Shown here: positions 31,748-41,430 of the stretch, one piece after another
Numbering within the stretch: the first letter of the stretch is position 1
Layout: each line of letters starts with the position of its first letter
NCBI GenBank assembly: GCA_035697515.1
Contig: DASSCS010000111.1
Span: 4,557 to 68,556 of the forward strand
Reading direction: 5' to 3'
Length of the DNA: 64,000 nucleotides
DNA from: Acidimicrobiales bacterium
Lineage (GTDB): Bacteria > Actinomycetota > Acidimicrobiia > Acidimicrobiales > VFJN01
The notes under the pieces: model-generated
Databases searched by the model: none
Seen by the model: only the letters and a program-made list of their open reading frames with translations
Told to the model about the DNA's origin: nothing
Position numbers and translations under genes: made by a program

Positions 31748-34246
31748 ATGGCAGACGAGACCACGCCCCCCAGTGACGGCATGAGCGACGGCGACGACAA
31801 CGGCGTCGAGCGCGGACGGCTCGCGGTCGAGCCCATCGAGATCCAGGAGGAGATGGAGCGCTCCTTCCTCGACTACGCCATGTCGGTCATCACCGCCCGG
31901 GCCCTGCCCGACGTGCGCGACGGCCTGAAGCCCGTCCATCGCCGCATCCTCTGGGGCATGCTCGACATCGGCGCCCGGCCCGACCGCACGTGGATGAAGT
32001 GCGCCCGCGTCACCGGCGACGTGATGGGCCGCTACCACCCCCACGGCGACGGCGCGATCTACGACGCACTGGTGCGCATGGCCCAGGACTTCTCGCTGCG
32101 CCACCCGCTGGTGGCCGGTCACGGCAACTTCGGGTCGCCCGACTTCGGGCCCGCCGCCAGCCGCTACACCGAGTGCCGGCTCGACCCGCTGGCCATGGTG
32201 ATGCTGCAGGACATCGAGGAAGACACCGTCGACTTCGTCGACAACTACTCGGGCGAGTTCCAGGTGCCCGAGGTGCTGCCGGCCCGGTTCCCCAACCTGC
32301 TGGTCAATGGCAGCGAGGGCATCGCCGTCGGCATGGCCACCAAGATCCCGCCCCACAACCTGGGCGAGGCGATCGACGCGGTCGTGCACCTGCTCGACAA
32401 CCCCGACGCCACCCCCGACGACCTCATGCAGTTCGTCAAGGGGCCCGACTTCCCGACCGGCGGGCTGATCATGGGCCGGGCCGGCATCATGGACGCCTAC
32501 CGCACCGGCAAGGGCTCGATCCGCCTGCGGGCGCGCACCGAGATCGTCGAGGGCACCGGCCGCCAGCGTGACCGCATCGTCGTGACCGAGATGCCCTACC
32601 AGACGTCGATCTCGGCCACGGCCAGCAAGATCAAGGACCTGGTCGAGGCGCGGACCATCGACGGCATCGCGGACGTCAACGACGAGTCCGCCGGCGGCAA
32701 CACGCGCCTGGTCATCGAGCTCAAGAAGGACGCGCCCGCCCTCGTCATCCTCAACAACCTGTACAAGCACACGCCGCTGCAGATCAACTTCGCGGTCAAC
32801 ACGGTGGCGCTGGTCGACGGCGTGCCCCGCACGCTCAACCTGGTGCAGATGCTGCAGGCCTACATCGACCACCAGGTCGAGGTCATCCGCCGGCGTAGCC
32901 AGTTCCGGCTCGACAAGGCCAACAAGCGGGCCCACCTGGTCGAGGGGCTGCTCAAGGCCATCAACATGATCGACGAGGTCATCGCCCTCATCCGGGGGTC
33001 CGAGGACCGTGCCGCGGCGCGGGTCGGGCTCATGGCCGAGCCGTTCGAGTTCTCCATCGACCAGGCCGAGCACATCCTCGACATGCGCCTCGGCCAGCTG
33101 ACCCGGCTGGCCCGCATCGACCTCGAGGCCGAGCTCGAGGCGCTGCGGGGCACCATCGCCGAGCTCGAGGCGATCCTGGCCGACGAGTCCCGCCTGTTCA
33201 CGGTCATCAAGGACGAGCTGGTTGACGTCAGGGAGCGCTTCGCCGACGAGCGCCGGTCCGAGATCACCTACGACATCGGCGACATCGACATCGAGGACCT
33301 CATCGACGACGAGGAGCTCGTCGTCACCATGTCGCAGCGGGGCTACGTCAAGACCGTCCCCTCCGACACGTTCCGGGCCCAGGGCCGGGGCGGCCGCGGC
33401 ATCGCCGGCACCAAGCTGCGCGACGACGACTACGTCACCCACATCCTCACCACCACCGCGCACGCGTACCTGCTGTTCTTCTCGAACCGCGGCCGGGTCT
33501 ACCGGCTCAAGGCCCACGAGATCCCCCGCAAGGACCGCACGGCCCGGGGCACTGCCATCGTCAACCTGCTGCCGCTGCAGCCCGGCGAGCGCATCCAGGC
33601 GATCATCGACACGCGCGACTACGAGACCAACCGGTTCCTGTTCTTCGCCACCCGCAAGGGCCAGGTCAAGAAGACCAAGTTCAACGAGTACGACTCGTCG
33701 CTGCGCAGCGGCCTCATCGCCATCAACCTGCGCGACGACGACGAGTTGGTGAAGGTCATCCCCACCAACGGCGGCGACGACATCTTCATGGTGGCCCGCT
33801 CGGGCATGACCATCCGCTTCTCCGAGGACGACGTGCGGGCCATGGGCCGGGCGGCGGCCGGCGTGCGGGGCATGAAGTTGCGGGCCGACGACGAGGTCGT
33901 CTCGTGCGACGTGGCCCGCGACGACGTCGCCCTGCTGGTGGTCACCGACGCCGGCTACGGCAAGCGCACCCAGCTCGACCGTTTCAACACCCAGGGCCGC
34001 GGTGGACAAGGCGTGCGGGGCATCAAGCTCACGGCCAAGAAGGGCATCGTCGTCGCCGCGTTCATGGTGGGCATCGACGACGAGATCTTCGTGATCGCCT
34101 CCGCGGGCACCATCATCCGCATGGCGGTCCGCGACGTGTCGTCTCAGGGCCGTGACGCCACCGGCGTGCGTGTGATGAACCTCGATACCGGGCAGACGGT
34201 CGCCGCCGTCGCCCCGGTGCTCGGCCCCGACGACGTCGACGACTGA
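31748..34246 (+). CDS. gyrA: DNA gyrase subunit A
   Basis: [11 protein letters not shown], the catalytic Tyr region [10 protein letters not shown] and C-terminal beta-pinwheel repeats. ATG 31748. The upstream part of the track ORF overlaps gyrB out of frame. Confidence 0.95.
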   Translation: MADETTPPSDGMSDGDDNGVERGRLAVEPIEIQEEMERSFLDYAMSVITARALPDVRDGLKPVHRRILWGMLDIGARPDRTWMKCARVTGDVMGRYHPHGDGAIYDALVRMAQDFSLRHPLVAGHGNFGSPDFGPAASRYTECRLDPLAMVMLQDIEEDTVDFVDNYSGEFQVPEVLPARFPNLLVNGSEGIAVGMATKIPPHNLGEAIDAVVHLLDNPDATPDDLMQFVKGPDFPTGGLIMGRAGIMDAYRTGKGSIRLRARTEIVEGTGRQRDRIVVTEMPYQTSISATASKIKDLVEARTIDGIADVNDESAGGNTRLVIELKKDAPALVILNNLYKHTPLQINFAVNTVALVDGVPRTLNLVQMLQAYIDHQVEVIRRRSQFRLDKANKRAHLVEGLLKAINMIDEVIALIRGSEDRAAARVGLMAEPFEFSIDQAEHILDMRLGQLTRLARIDLEAELEALRGTIAELEAILADESRLFTVIKDELVDVRERFADERRSEITYDIGDIDIEDLIDDEELVVTMSQRGYVKTVPSDTFRAQGRGGRGIAGTKLRDDDYVTHILTTTAHAYLLFFSNRGRVYRLKAHEIPRKDRTARGTAIVNLLPLQPGERIQAIIDTRDYETNRFLFFATRKGQVKKTKFNEYDSSLRSGLIAINLRDDDELVKVIPTNGGDDIFMVARSGMTIRFSEDDVRAMGRAAAGVRGMKLRADDEVVSCDVARDDVALLVVTDAGYGKRTQLDRFNTQGRGGQGVRGIKLTAKKGIVVAAFMVGIDDEIFVIASAGTIIRMAVRDVSSQGRDATGVRVMNLDTGQTVAAVAPVLGPDDVDD

Positions 34247-34370
34247 CGTCTGACGGTGCCCGGCCGGCGGTCGCGCCGGCGTCCACCCCGATCCTCGCTC
34301 CGGCGGGCTCGCGCTTCCCCTCAGCATCCACACGTGATGCGCGCCCACGCGGGCGCGGGGAGGTGCACCC

Positions 34371-35021
34371 ATGGTGCAGGCACACCGGGGCGACGATCGC
34401 GGCCAGGCCCTGCCGCTCGCCGCCGCCATGCTGGCCGTCGTGACCGTCGCCCTCGTCGGCCTGGTCCCGGTCGGGCTGGCCGTGCGCGAGCACGCCGCGG
34501 CACGCACGGCCGCCGACGCGGCGGCGCTGGCCGGGGCGGTCGAGGGCGAGCAGGCGGCCAACGACCTCGCCGCCGCCAACGGGGGTGACCTGGTCGCGTT
34601 CCGGCGCACAGGCGACGAGGTGGTGGTACGGGTGCGCGTGGGCGACGCCGCCGCCGACGCCCGGGCGCGGGCGACCACCCGGGCGGCCCCGCCCGCGACC
34701 GGACCCGGCGCCGTCGCGCGCGGCCGCGCGGGGCTGGCGCCCGCCATGCTGGCCGCCCTGGCGCGGGCCGACGGCCTGCTCGGGTACCCCGTGCCCGTCA
34801 TCTCGGGCCTGCGCACGCGGGCCGAGCAGCAGGCGCTCTGGGACCGCCGGCACACGAACCCCTATCCGGTCGCCCGGCCTGGCACGTCCGACCACGAGCG
34901 CGGGCTGGCCGTTGACGTCAGCCGCTCGTCGGTGGCCGAACTGGTGGCCGTCGCCCCTGCTGCCGGGCTGTGCCAGCCACTTCCCGAGAGCGACCCGGTG
35001 CACTTCGTGGTGTGCAGATGA
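34371..35021 (+). CDS. Fusion protein: TadE-like (Rv3654c-type) pseudopilin-like N-domain plus M15/VanY-type D-Ala-D-Ala carboxypeptidase C-domain
   Basis: The N-terminal TM plus AARTAADAAALAGAVEGEQAANDLAAANGGDLV...VVVRVRV resembles the helicase/secretion-neighbourhood TadE-like family. The C-domain has M15 motifs SGLRTRAEQ, SDHERGLAVDV and DPVHF. GGGGAGG lies before ATG 34371. Confidence 0.7.
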   Translation: MVQAHRGDDRGQALPLAAAMLAVVTVALVGLVPVGLAVREHAAARTAADAAALAGAVEGEQAANDLAAANGGDLVAFRRTGDEVVVRVRVGDAAADARARATTRAAPPATGPGAVARGRAGLAPAMLAALARADGLLGYPVPVISGLRTRAEQQALWDRRHTNPYPVARPGTSDHERGLAVDVSRSSVAELVAVAPAAGLCQPLPESDPVHFVVCR

Positions 35022-35079
35022 GGGGGCTGGCACTGAGACTGATGTCAGTCTGGTCGCGGGGTGCCGTAGACTCCCGACG

Positions 35080-36252
35080 ATGCCGGCTGACGCGCCTGGA
35101 GTCACGACCGACGAGGACTCCCGACCGAGCGGGGGCGGCGCCTCTGGCGACCCGTCGTCGACGACGACCGGTGCATCGGCGAGCCCTGAGGCCGGCGATC
35201 AGGCCTCCCCCCCGGCACCGGACGGCACCGGCGGCAACGGCGGATCGCCCGGAGGCACGGGCACGGCGCCGACCGGTGGCACGACCCACCAGGGCGAACG
35301 CTCCGCGGCGGGCATCACCGAGCGAGGCGAGTCGTCGGCAGCGGGCACTTCCCAACGCGGCGAGCGGTCAGCGTCAGGCCGCACCGACCTGGGCGAGCGC
35401 CCCTCACCCCGGGCCGCCGAGTGGGGCGAGGACGCCGTGTCCGGACCGGCCGCACCGGAGCGGACGACGACGCGTCCGGGCGGCGACGGGGCGACCGGCG
35501 AGCTCACCATGCCGACGCCGGCAGCCCCGCCGGGCGCGGCACCCACGCCGGGCACGGCACCCATGCCGGGACCCGTGCCCGTTCCCGCCGGCCTCCCGCC
35601 CGGCGCCGAGCCGCCACCCGCGCCCGTGCTCGTGCCGCCGCCGTCGCGCCTGCGCGCGCTGCGCCGCGGCCGGCACGCCTTGGGGCGCCCCGATCGTGCC
35701 GCGCGCCGTGGCCTGCGCGTCAACCAGCGCCTCTGGTCGATCAGCCCCTGGTCGGTGTTCAAGGTCTCGGCGCTGTTCTACCTGTGCCTGGCCCTCATCG
35801 TCGTGGTGGCCGGCACCCTGCTCTACAACGCCGGCCGCTCGGTGGGGACGATCGACCAGTTCGAGAGCTTCGTGACCCGCATGGGCGCGTACGGCGAGTG
35901 CGTCCCGACGGCCGAGGTGCCGAAGGACGCGGTGTTCGAGACCGACGACAAGTGCGACGAGGGCGAGGTACTCGTCGGCGGGTTCGCGGTCGACGACGGC
36001 ACGCTCTTCCGGGCGGCAGCCATCGGCGCGGGCATCCTGGTGGTCGCCGGGTCCATCGGCAACGTGCTGCTCACCGTGCTGCTGAACCTGCTCAACGAGC
36101 TCACCGGGGGCGTGCGCCACACAATCATCCGCGAGCCGGTGCCCCGCCCATCGGGCCCCGGCCCGGGCCGCCAGGGTGGGGCTGGGCGCCGGCCGCCGGC
36201 GGCCGCGGGCCGTCCGGGAAGCGGTTCGCCCCCGCGCCAGTTGCAGCGATAG
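35080..36252 (+). CDS. DUF3566-type membrane protein (Rv0007 position) with a long disordered N-terminus
   Basis: Conserved C-terminal core WSISPWSVFKVSALFYLCLALIVVVAGTLLYN...GNVLLTVLLNLLNELTGG. It holds the conserved position between gyrA and tRNA-Ile. ATG 35080. Confidence 0.8.
   Translation: MPADAPGVTTDEDSRPSGGGASGDPSSTTTGASASPEAGDQASPPAPDGTGGNGGSPGGTGTAPTGGTTHQGERSAAGITERGESSAAGTSQRGERSASGRTDLGERPSPRAAEWGEDAVSGPAAPERTTTRPGGDGATGELTMPTPAAPPGAAPTPGTAPMPGPVPVPAGLPPGAEPPPAPVLVPPPSRLRALRRGRHALGRPDRAARRGLRVNQRLWSISPWSVFKVSALFYLCLALIVVVAGTLLYNAGRSVGTIDQFESFVTRMGAYGECVPTAEVPKDAVFETDDKCDEGEVLVGGFAVDDGTLFRAAAIGAGILVVAGSIGNVLLTVLLNLLNELTGGVRHTIIREPVPRPSGPGPGRQGGAGRRPPAAAGRPGSGSPPRQLQR
35293..35424 (+). 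repeat. Four degenerate 33-nt (11-aa) tandem repeats inside the DUF3566 gene
   Basis: GGCGA(A/G) recurs at 35293, 35326, 35359 and 35392, exactly 33 nt apart. The units encode GERSAAGITER, GESSAAGTSQR, GERSASGRTDL and GERPSPRAAEW. Confidence 0.7.
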
Positions 36253-36267
36253 TGTCAACCGCTCAGC

Positions 36268-36341
<74 letters not shown>

Positions 36342-36408
36342 CGTCTCGCTGTCCGTCCGCCAGCCCGCCAGCCGGGGTCGGGCTCCCGCCTACCACCTGA
36401 GGTCGCCC

Positions 36409-36546
36409 ATGGCCCTGCTCCGACGTGCACTCGCGGCTGTGGGCATCGCGGGCGTCATCGCCGTGGTGCTGCGGCTGCGCGGCTCGGGGGGCACGCCGCC
36501 TCAGACGGGGGGCTGGCGCGAGCTCAGCGGCCCCGACCTGCGGTAG
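36409..36546 (+). CDS. Candidate 45-aa small membrane protein
   Basis: ATG 36409 lies 6 nt after GAGG. The product is MALLRRALAAVGIAGVIAVVLRLRGSGGTPPQTGGWRELSGPDLR, with one TM. Third codon positions are mostly G/C. TAG 36544-36546 ends 2 nt before the next gene's ATG. It is below the ORF-track size cut-off. Confidence 0.45.
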   Translation: MALLRRALAAVGIAGVIAVVLRLRGSGGTPPQTGGWRELSGPDLR

Positions 36547-36548
36547 CG

Positions 36549-37529
36549 ATGCTGCGCGTCCTCGTCTGCGGTGCCGGCGCGGTGGGCGCCCGTGCCGCCC
36601 GCCACCTGGTGGCCGACGCCGGTACCGGCCGCGTGCTCGTGCACGACGCCGACCGCAAGCGCCAGGCCGCGGTCGTGGCCTCGCTGGGCGACCGCGCCGA
36701 GGGCGTGGGAGAGCCCGACCCGGCCGACGCCGACATCGTGCTGCTGGCCGCGCCCTCGCCCCGGCAGGTGCCCGTGGCCCGCGCCGCGGTGTCGGCCGGC
36801 CGCCACGTCGTGTCGGTGGCCGACGGTGTGGGCGCGGTCGAGCGCCTGCTCGACCTGCACGCCGAGGCTCGGGAGCGGGGCGTGGTGGTGGCCGTCGGCG
36901 CGGGCTTCGGGCCGGGGCTGTCGTGCGTGCTGGCCAAGCACGCGGCCGGCGAGCTCGACCAGGTCGACGAGGTGCACGTCGCCCACCACGGCACGGGTGG
37001 CCCGGCGTGCGCGCGCCAGCACCACCACGCGCTGCGGGGCGTGGGGCTCGACTGGCGCGACCACTCGTGGCGCCGCCGCCCGGCGGGCTCGGGGCGCGAG
37101 CTGTGCTTCTTCCCCGATCCCATCGGCGGCTCCGACTGCTACCGGGCGGCCCTCCCCGACGCGCTGCTGCTGGTGCCGGCCTTCCCCGGCGTCGGCCGGG
37201 TGACCGCCCGCCTGGCGGCGACCCGCCGCGACCGGATGACCGCGGGCCTGCCCATGCTGCGCCGCCCACACGCCGAGGGGCGTATCGGCGGCCTGCGTGT
37301 CGAGGTGCGGGGCCGGCGCGGCCAGGTGCGCGACACCGTGGTGCTCGGTGCGGTCGACCGCCCGGCGGTGGCGGCGGGCACGGTGGCGGCGGTGACGGTG
37401 CGCTGGCTGGCCGCCGGGCGCACGCTCACGACGGGCGCGGGCGGGCTGGCGACGCTGGTCGAGCCGCTGCCGTTCCTCCACGAGCTGGGGCGCTCGGGCG
37501 TGCGGGCCGCGGCGTTCGAGGGCGTGTGA
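36549..37529 (+). CDS. Saccharopine-dehydrogenase-like NAD(P)-binding protein
   Basis: Rossmann N-terminus MLRVLVCGAGAVGARAARHLV. The family call is from general resemblance only. Confidence 0.6.
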   Translation: MLRVLVCGAGAVGARAARHLVADAGTGRVLVHDADRKRQAAVVASLGDRAEGVGEPDPADADIVLLAAPSPRQVPVARAAVSAGRHVVSVADGVGAVERLLDLHAEARERGVVVAVGAGFGPGLSCVLAKHAAGELDQVDEVHVAHHGTGGPACARQHHHALRGVGLDWRDHSWRRRPAGSGRELCFFPDPIGGSDCYRAALPDALLLVPAFPGVGRVTARLAATRRDRMTAGLPMLRRPHAEGRIGGLRVEVRGRRGQVRDTVVLGAVDRPAVAAGTVAAVTVRWLAAGRTLTTGAGGLATLVEPLPFLHELGRSGVRAAAFEGV

Positions 37530-37582
37530 CCGGCCGGTCCCCGGCGCCCCGCCGGCGGCGGTTGCGGCTAGCGTCCCACGCC

Positions 37583-38197
37583 GTGTTTCGCCGCCGCTCG
37601 CCTGCCGCTGTCCTGCTCGTGGTGTCGCTCGTCGCCCTGACCGGGGCGTGCAGCGCGAGCGCCGAGGACGGCTCATCGTCGCCCGAGGGCGACGACGCCC
37701 GGACCACCAGCGGCGGCGAGCTGATCGGTCCGGCGGCCGAGGGCATCGACGGAGTGCAGGCGTACCGCATCGACAGCCACACCCACACCGAGGAGAACCT
37801 GACCTATCAGCCCAGCCCGCCCACGGGGGGCGAGCACTTCCCCGTGCCGGCCACCTGCGGGTTCTACGAGACCGACCCGCCGACAGACGAGCTGATCGTG
37901 CACGACCTCGAGCACGGCGCCATCTGGGTCGCCTTCGACCCCGACCTGGCCGACGCCCAGGTCACGACGCTGAGCGCGCTGGTCGCCCAGCAGGCCAAGG
38001 TCATCGCCACGCCGCGCGCCGACCTGTCCAGCCCCGTCGTGGTATCGGCCTGGGGGCGCCAGCTGGCCCTGGACGGCGTGGACGACCCGCGGCTCGTGCA
38101 GTTCATCACCACGTATCGCAACAGCCCGAACGCGCCCGAGCCGAGCTCCGCCTGCCAGGGGGCGGGCACGCCCGCGGTGCCCTCGCCCATGGCCTGA
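37583..38197 (+). CDS. DUF3105 domain lipoprotein
   Basis: GTG 37583 and lipobox LVALTGAC. Core is PPTGGEHFPVPATCGFY...LEHGAIWVAFDP...VVVSAWGRQL. Confidence 0.7.
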   Translation: MFRRRSPAAVLLVVSLVALTGACSASAEDGSSSPEGDDARTTSGGELIGPAAEGIDGVQAYRIDSHTHTEENLTYQPSPPTGGEHFPVPATCGFYETDPPTDELIVHDLEHGAIWVAFDPDLADAQVTTLSALVAQQAKVIATPRADLSSPVVVSAWGRQLALDGVDDPRLVQFITTYRNSPNAPEPSSACQGAGTPAVPSPMA

Positions 38198-38219
38198 GGC
38201 GACCGGCCGGCCCGGCCGG

Positions 38220-39005
38220 TCAGAAGGTGATCTGGGCCCGCCAGCGCTCGAGCAGCGAGCGATCGCCGAACACGCCGAACCGCGGGGTGCCGTCGGGGTC
38301 CTCGGCGTCGTCGAGGTTCCGCCGGTTCCACAGCAGCAGCAGCAGATCCGAGGCCGTCGCCCGCACGGCGACATCGCCCTTGGCGTGGCTCCGCTCGACC
38401 TCCAGTCGCTCGTGGCCGAGCGTGATCAGCCACTCGCCGCCGCCGACGTCGTCGAGGCCCGGGTCGGTGGCGTGCAGGTGCACGGTCTCGCCCGCGTCGC
38501 CCAGCCCGGCGGTGCCCCGCCAGGGCAGCAGCACCGTGAACAGCTCGTCGACGCCGTCGACCGCCAGCGCCGTGGCGACCGGCGTGGTGCGGCCCACGGC
38601 CGCCTCGGCGTCGAAGCGGTGGAGCGCCGCCTCGACGGCCATGCGCCGAGGCCAGAAGCTGGCCGGCTGTTCGCCGGCCCAGGTGCTCACCGAGGCGTCG
38701 GGGTCGTCGTCGTCGCCCGCGGCCGCCAAAGCGTCCAGCAGCTCGGCCAGCCCGGCCCGCGCCCAGTCGGCGACGGCGGCGCCCGCGGGCGCCCGCTCGA
38801 CCTCGCCGCCCGCCCCTGCGGTCAGCCATCCCGCCGTCCAGCGGTGGACGCGCCCGATGTGCCCGACCAGCCGCTCGCACGTCCAGCCCGGGCAGGTGGG
38901 GACGGGGCGGTCGAGGGCCTGGGCCCCGGTGAAGATCAACAGGTCGGTGTCGACCTTGATCGAGGCCAGGTAGGAAGCTCGGTCCATGCCCCCATCTTGG
39001 GTCAC
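38220..39005 (-). CDS. Mycothiol-dependent maleylpyruvate isomerase family (DinB-fold) protein
   Basis: N-terminal motif PVPTCPGWTCERLVGHIGRVHRW is typical of the TIGR03083-type family. Confidence 0.7.
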   Translation of the reverse strand: MTQDGGMDRASYLASIKVDTDLLIFTGAQALDRPVPTCPGWTCERLVGHIGRVHRWTAGWLTAGAGGEVERAPAGAAVADWARAGLAELLDALAAAGDDDDPDASVSTWAGEQPASFWPRRMAVEAALHRFDAEAAVGRTTPVATALAVDGVDELFTVLLPWRGTAGLGDAGETVHLHATDPGLDDVGGGEWLITLGHERLEVERSHAKGDVAVRATASDLLLLLWNRRNLDDAEDPDGTPRFGVFGDRSLLERWRAQITF

Positions 39006-39013
39006 AATCGCTG

Positions 39014-39997
39014 GTGATGATCGTCGATTGTGCGCTCTACACGGCCGGTCGCCGCCGGCCGGGGCAGCTGAGGCTCGAGGACGCCCTCGAATCGTGCCGG
39101 GCGGGCGACGACACCTTCGTGTGGATCGGGCTGCACGAGCCGACGCAGGACGAGTTCGACCGCGTGTCGGCCGAGTTCGAGCTGCACCCGCTGGCGGTCG
39201 AGGACGCCATCAAGGCCCACCAGCGCTCGAAGCTCGAGCACTACGGCGACTGCCTCTTCCTCGTGTTCAAGACCGCCCGCTACGACGACGAGGCCGAGGC
39301 GATCGAGTTCGCCGAGATCCTGATGTTCGCCGGCGACCGCTTCGTCATCACGGTGCGTCATGGCACGGCGAGCGCCCTGACGCCCGTGCGCCGGGAGCTC
39401 GAGGCCGACCCCGACCGGCTGGCGCTCGGGCCGATCGCCGTGGTGCACGCCATCCTCGACCGCGTGGTCGACGACTACCGGCCCGTGCTCGACGGCCTCG
39501 ATCACGACATCGTCGAGATCGAGGGCCAGGTGTTCTCGCCCGAGCGCGGCGACCCGGCCATGCGGATCTACAAGCTCCGGCGCCAGGTGCTCGACATGTA
39601 CCGCAACGTCGAGCCGCTGATCGAGCCGCTCGAGCGGTTGCAGACGGGCAAGCATCCCTTCGGCGCCGCCGAGGTCGAGCTGGGGCCGTACTTCCGCGAC
39701 ATCCACGACCACCTGCGGCGCGAGGTGGCCCGCATCGAGATCCAGCGCGACCTGCTGTCGGAGGTGCTCAACGTCAATCTGACCCGTGTCTCGGTGCAGC
39801 AGAACGAGGACATGCGCCGCATCTCCGGCTGGGTCGCCATCGCCGCGGTGCCGACCATGCTGGCCGGCCTGTGGGGCATGAACTTCGAGCACATGCCCGA
39901 GCTCGACGAGTGGTGGGGCTACCCGCTGGCGCTTCTGATCATGGCCGGCACGGCGCTGTTCCTGTTCCGCTGGCTGCGCCGTCGCCACTGGATCTGA
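39014..39997 (+). CDS. corA: Magnesium/cobalt transporter CorA
   Basis: GMN motif (LWGMNFEHMPEL) before two C-terminal TMs. 327 aa. Confidence 0.9.
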   Translation: MMIVDCALYTAGRRRPGQLRLEDALESCRAGDDTFVWIGLHEPTQDEFDRVSAEFELHPLAVEDAIKAHQRSKLEHYGDCLFLVFKTARYDDEAEAIEFAEILMFAGDRFVITVRHGTASALTPVRRELEADPDRLALGPIAVVHAILDRVVDDYRPVLDGLDHDIVEIEGQVFSPERGDPAMRIYKLRRQVLDMYRNVEPLIEPLERLQTGKHPFGAAEVELGPYFRDIHDHLRREVARIEIQRDLLSEVLNVNLTRVSVQQNEDMRRISGWVAIAAVPTMLAGLWGMNFEHMPELDEWWGYPLALLIMAGTALFLFRWLRRRHWI

Positions 39998-40180
39998 CGC
40001 CCGTTTCGCACTGGCCGACCCGCCGTCCCTCGGTCGTCCCGGGGCCCGCGGGCGGTGCTCGCCGCCGGCCCGGCCGTGCGTCGGCGACTGACCCGAACGG
40101 CCGGCTGGCCGAGGGTGGGTGGCGGGTACGACGCACCGGACCTACCCTCGGCCCCCGGGACCGGCGGAGGAGGCGGAGCC

Positions 40181-41377
40181 ATGGGCGATCTCGACGCGGC
40201 GGACGTGCGACGGGCGGTGGCGGCCATCGCCGAGGGGTTCGCCGCGCAGCGCGGCGAGCGCCAGCAGCGCGTGGGCCTCGAGCCGGCCGACCTCGACGCA
40301 CTCGCCGGTGCGGGGCTGCAACGCACCGGGCTGCCGGCCGAACGGGGCGGGCTGTGGCAGGACCTCGCCACCTCGACCCGCCCGATCTGCGAGATCTACC
40401 GGGCGCTCGCCCGCGGTGACTCGTCGCTGGCCCTGACCACCTCGATGCACCCGGCGGTCCTGGCGTTCTGGCTGGCGACGCCCGAGGTGCCCGAGCCCGA
40501 CGCCGCCGCCTGGCGCCGCCAGCGCGGGGCGATCTTCGACACGGTCGAGACCGGCGCGTGGTGGGGCACCATCACCTCCGAGCCGGGCAGCGGTGGCGAC
40601 GTGACCCGGTCGCGGTCGACGGCGCGACGCGCCGTCGGAACCGCAGCCGAAGGCGGGCGCGGGCCGACGGACGAGGCGACCTGGCGCCTCAGCGGGCAGA
40701 AGCACTTCGGCAGCGGCACGGGCGTGACGTCCTACATGCTCACGACCGCGGTGCCCGAGGGCGACGATGAGCCCGACTGGTTCTACGTGCCCATGGTCGG
40801 TGAGCCGCTCGACGGCAGTGCAGGCATCACGCTGGTGGCGCCCTGGGACGGCCATGGCATGGTCGCCACGCAGAGCCACGCGCTGGCCTTCGACGACGTC
40901 CCCGCCGTCCGCTCGGCCTGGCCGGGACACCTGTCCGACCTCATCGCCGGCGCGGCGCCGTTCTTCGGCCTGTTGTTCACCGCCGTCGTGCTCGGCATCG
41001 TCGACGAGGCCGTGGCCACGGCACGGGCCCAGCTGGCGCCCCGGGCCGACAGCCTGCGCCCGTACGAGCAGGTCGAGTGGTCGCAGGCCGAGCTCGACGC
41101 CTGGACCATGGCCCAGGTGTTCGAGGGCGGGCTCCGGGCCATCGAGTCGGGCCGGCCGGCGCAGGGCGCCGCGCTGCGCACCAAGGTGGCCGCTGCCCAG
41201 CTCGCCGAGTCGTGCACGGCCCGGCTCTGCAGGGTGATCGGCGGCGGCACGTTCGCCCGCCGTTCGCCGTTCGGCCATTGGTTCGAGGACGTGCGGGCGC
41301 TGGGGTTCCTGCGCCCCCCGTGGGCGCTCGCGACCGACGGCCTGATCGCCGACTCCTGGGAGCCGACCACCGGCTGA
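40181..41377 (+). CDS. Acyl-CoA dehydrogenase family protein
   Basis: ATG 40181 after GGAGGAGG. ACAD-like middle and C-terminal domains (WRLSGQKHFGSGTG..., FARRSPFGHWFEDVRALGF). Substrate is unknown. Confidence 0.7.
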   Translation: MGDLDAADVRRAVAAIAEGFAAQRGERQQRVGLEPADLDALAGAGLQRTGLPAERGGLWQDLATSTRPICEIYRALARGDSSLALTTSMHPAVLAFWLATPEVPEPDAAAWRRQRGAIFDTVETGAWWGTITSEPGSGGDVTRSRSTARRAVGTAAEGGRGPTDEATWRLSGQKHFGSGTGVTSYMLTTAVPEGDDEPDWFYVPMVGEPLDGSAGITLVAPWDGHGMVATQSHALAFDDVPAVRSAWPGHLSDLIAGAAPFFGLLFTAVVLGIVDEAVATARAQLAPRADSLRPYEQVEWSQAELDAWTMAQVFEGGLRAIESGRPAQGAALRTKVAAAQLAESCTARLCRVIGGGTFARRSPFGHWFEDVRALGFLRPPWALATDGLIADSWEPTTG

Positions 41378-41430
41378 TGCCGCGCGCGGCACCGGTGGCA
41401 CCGCGATCCCGGCCCGGCGGCCGGGCGGCG

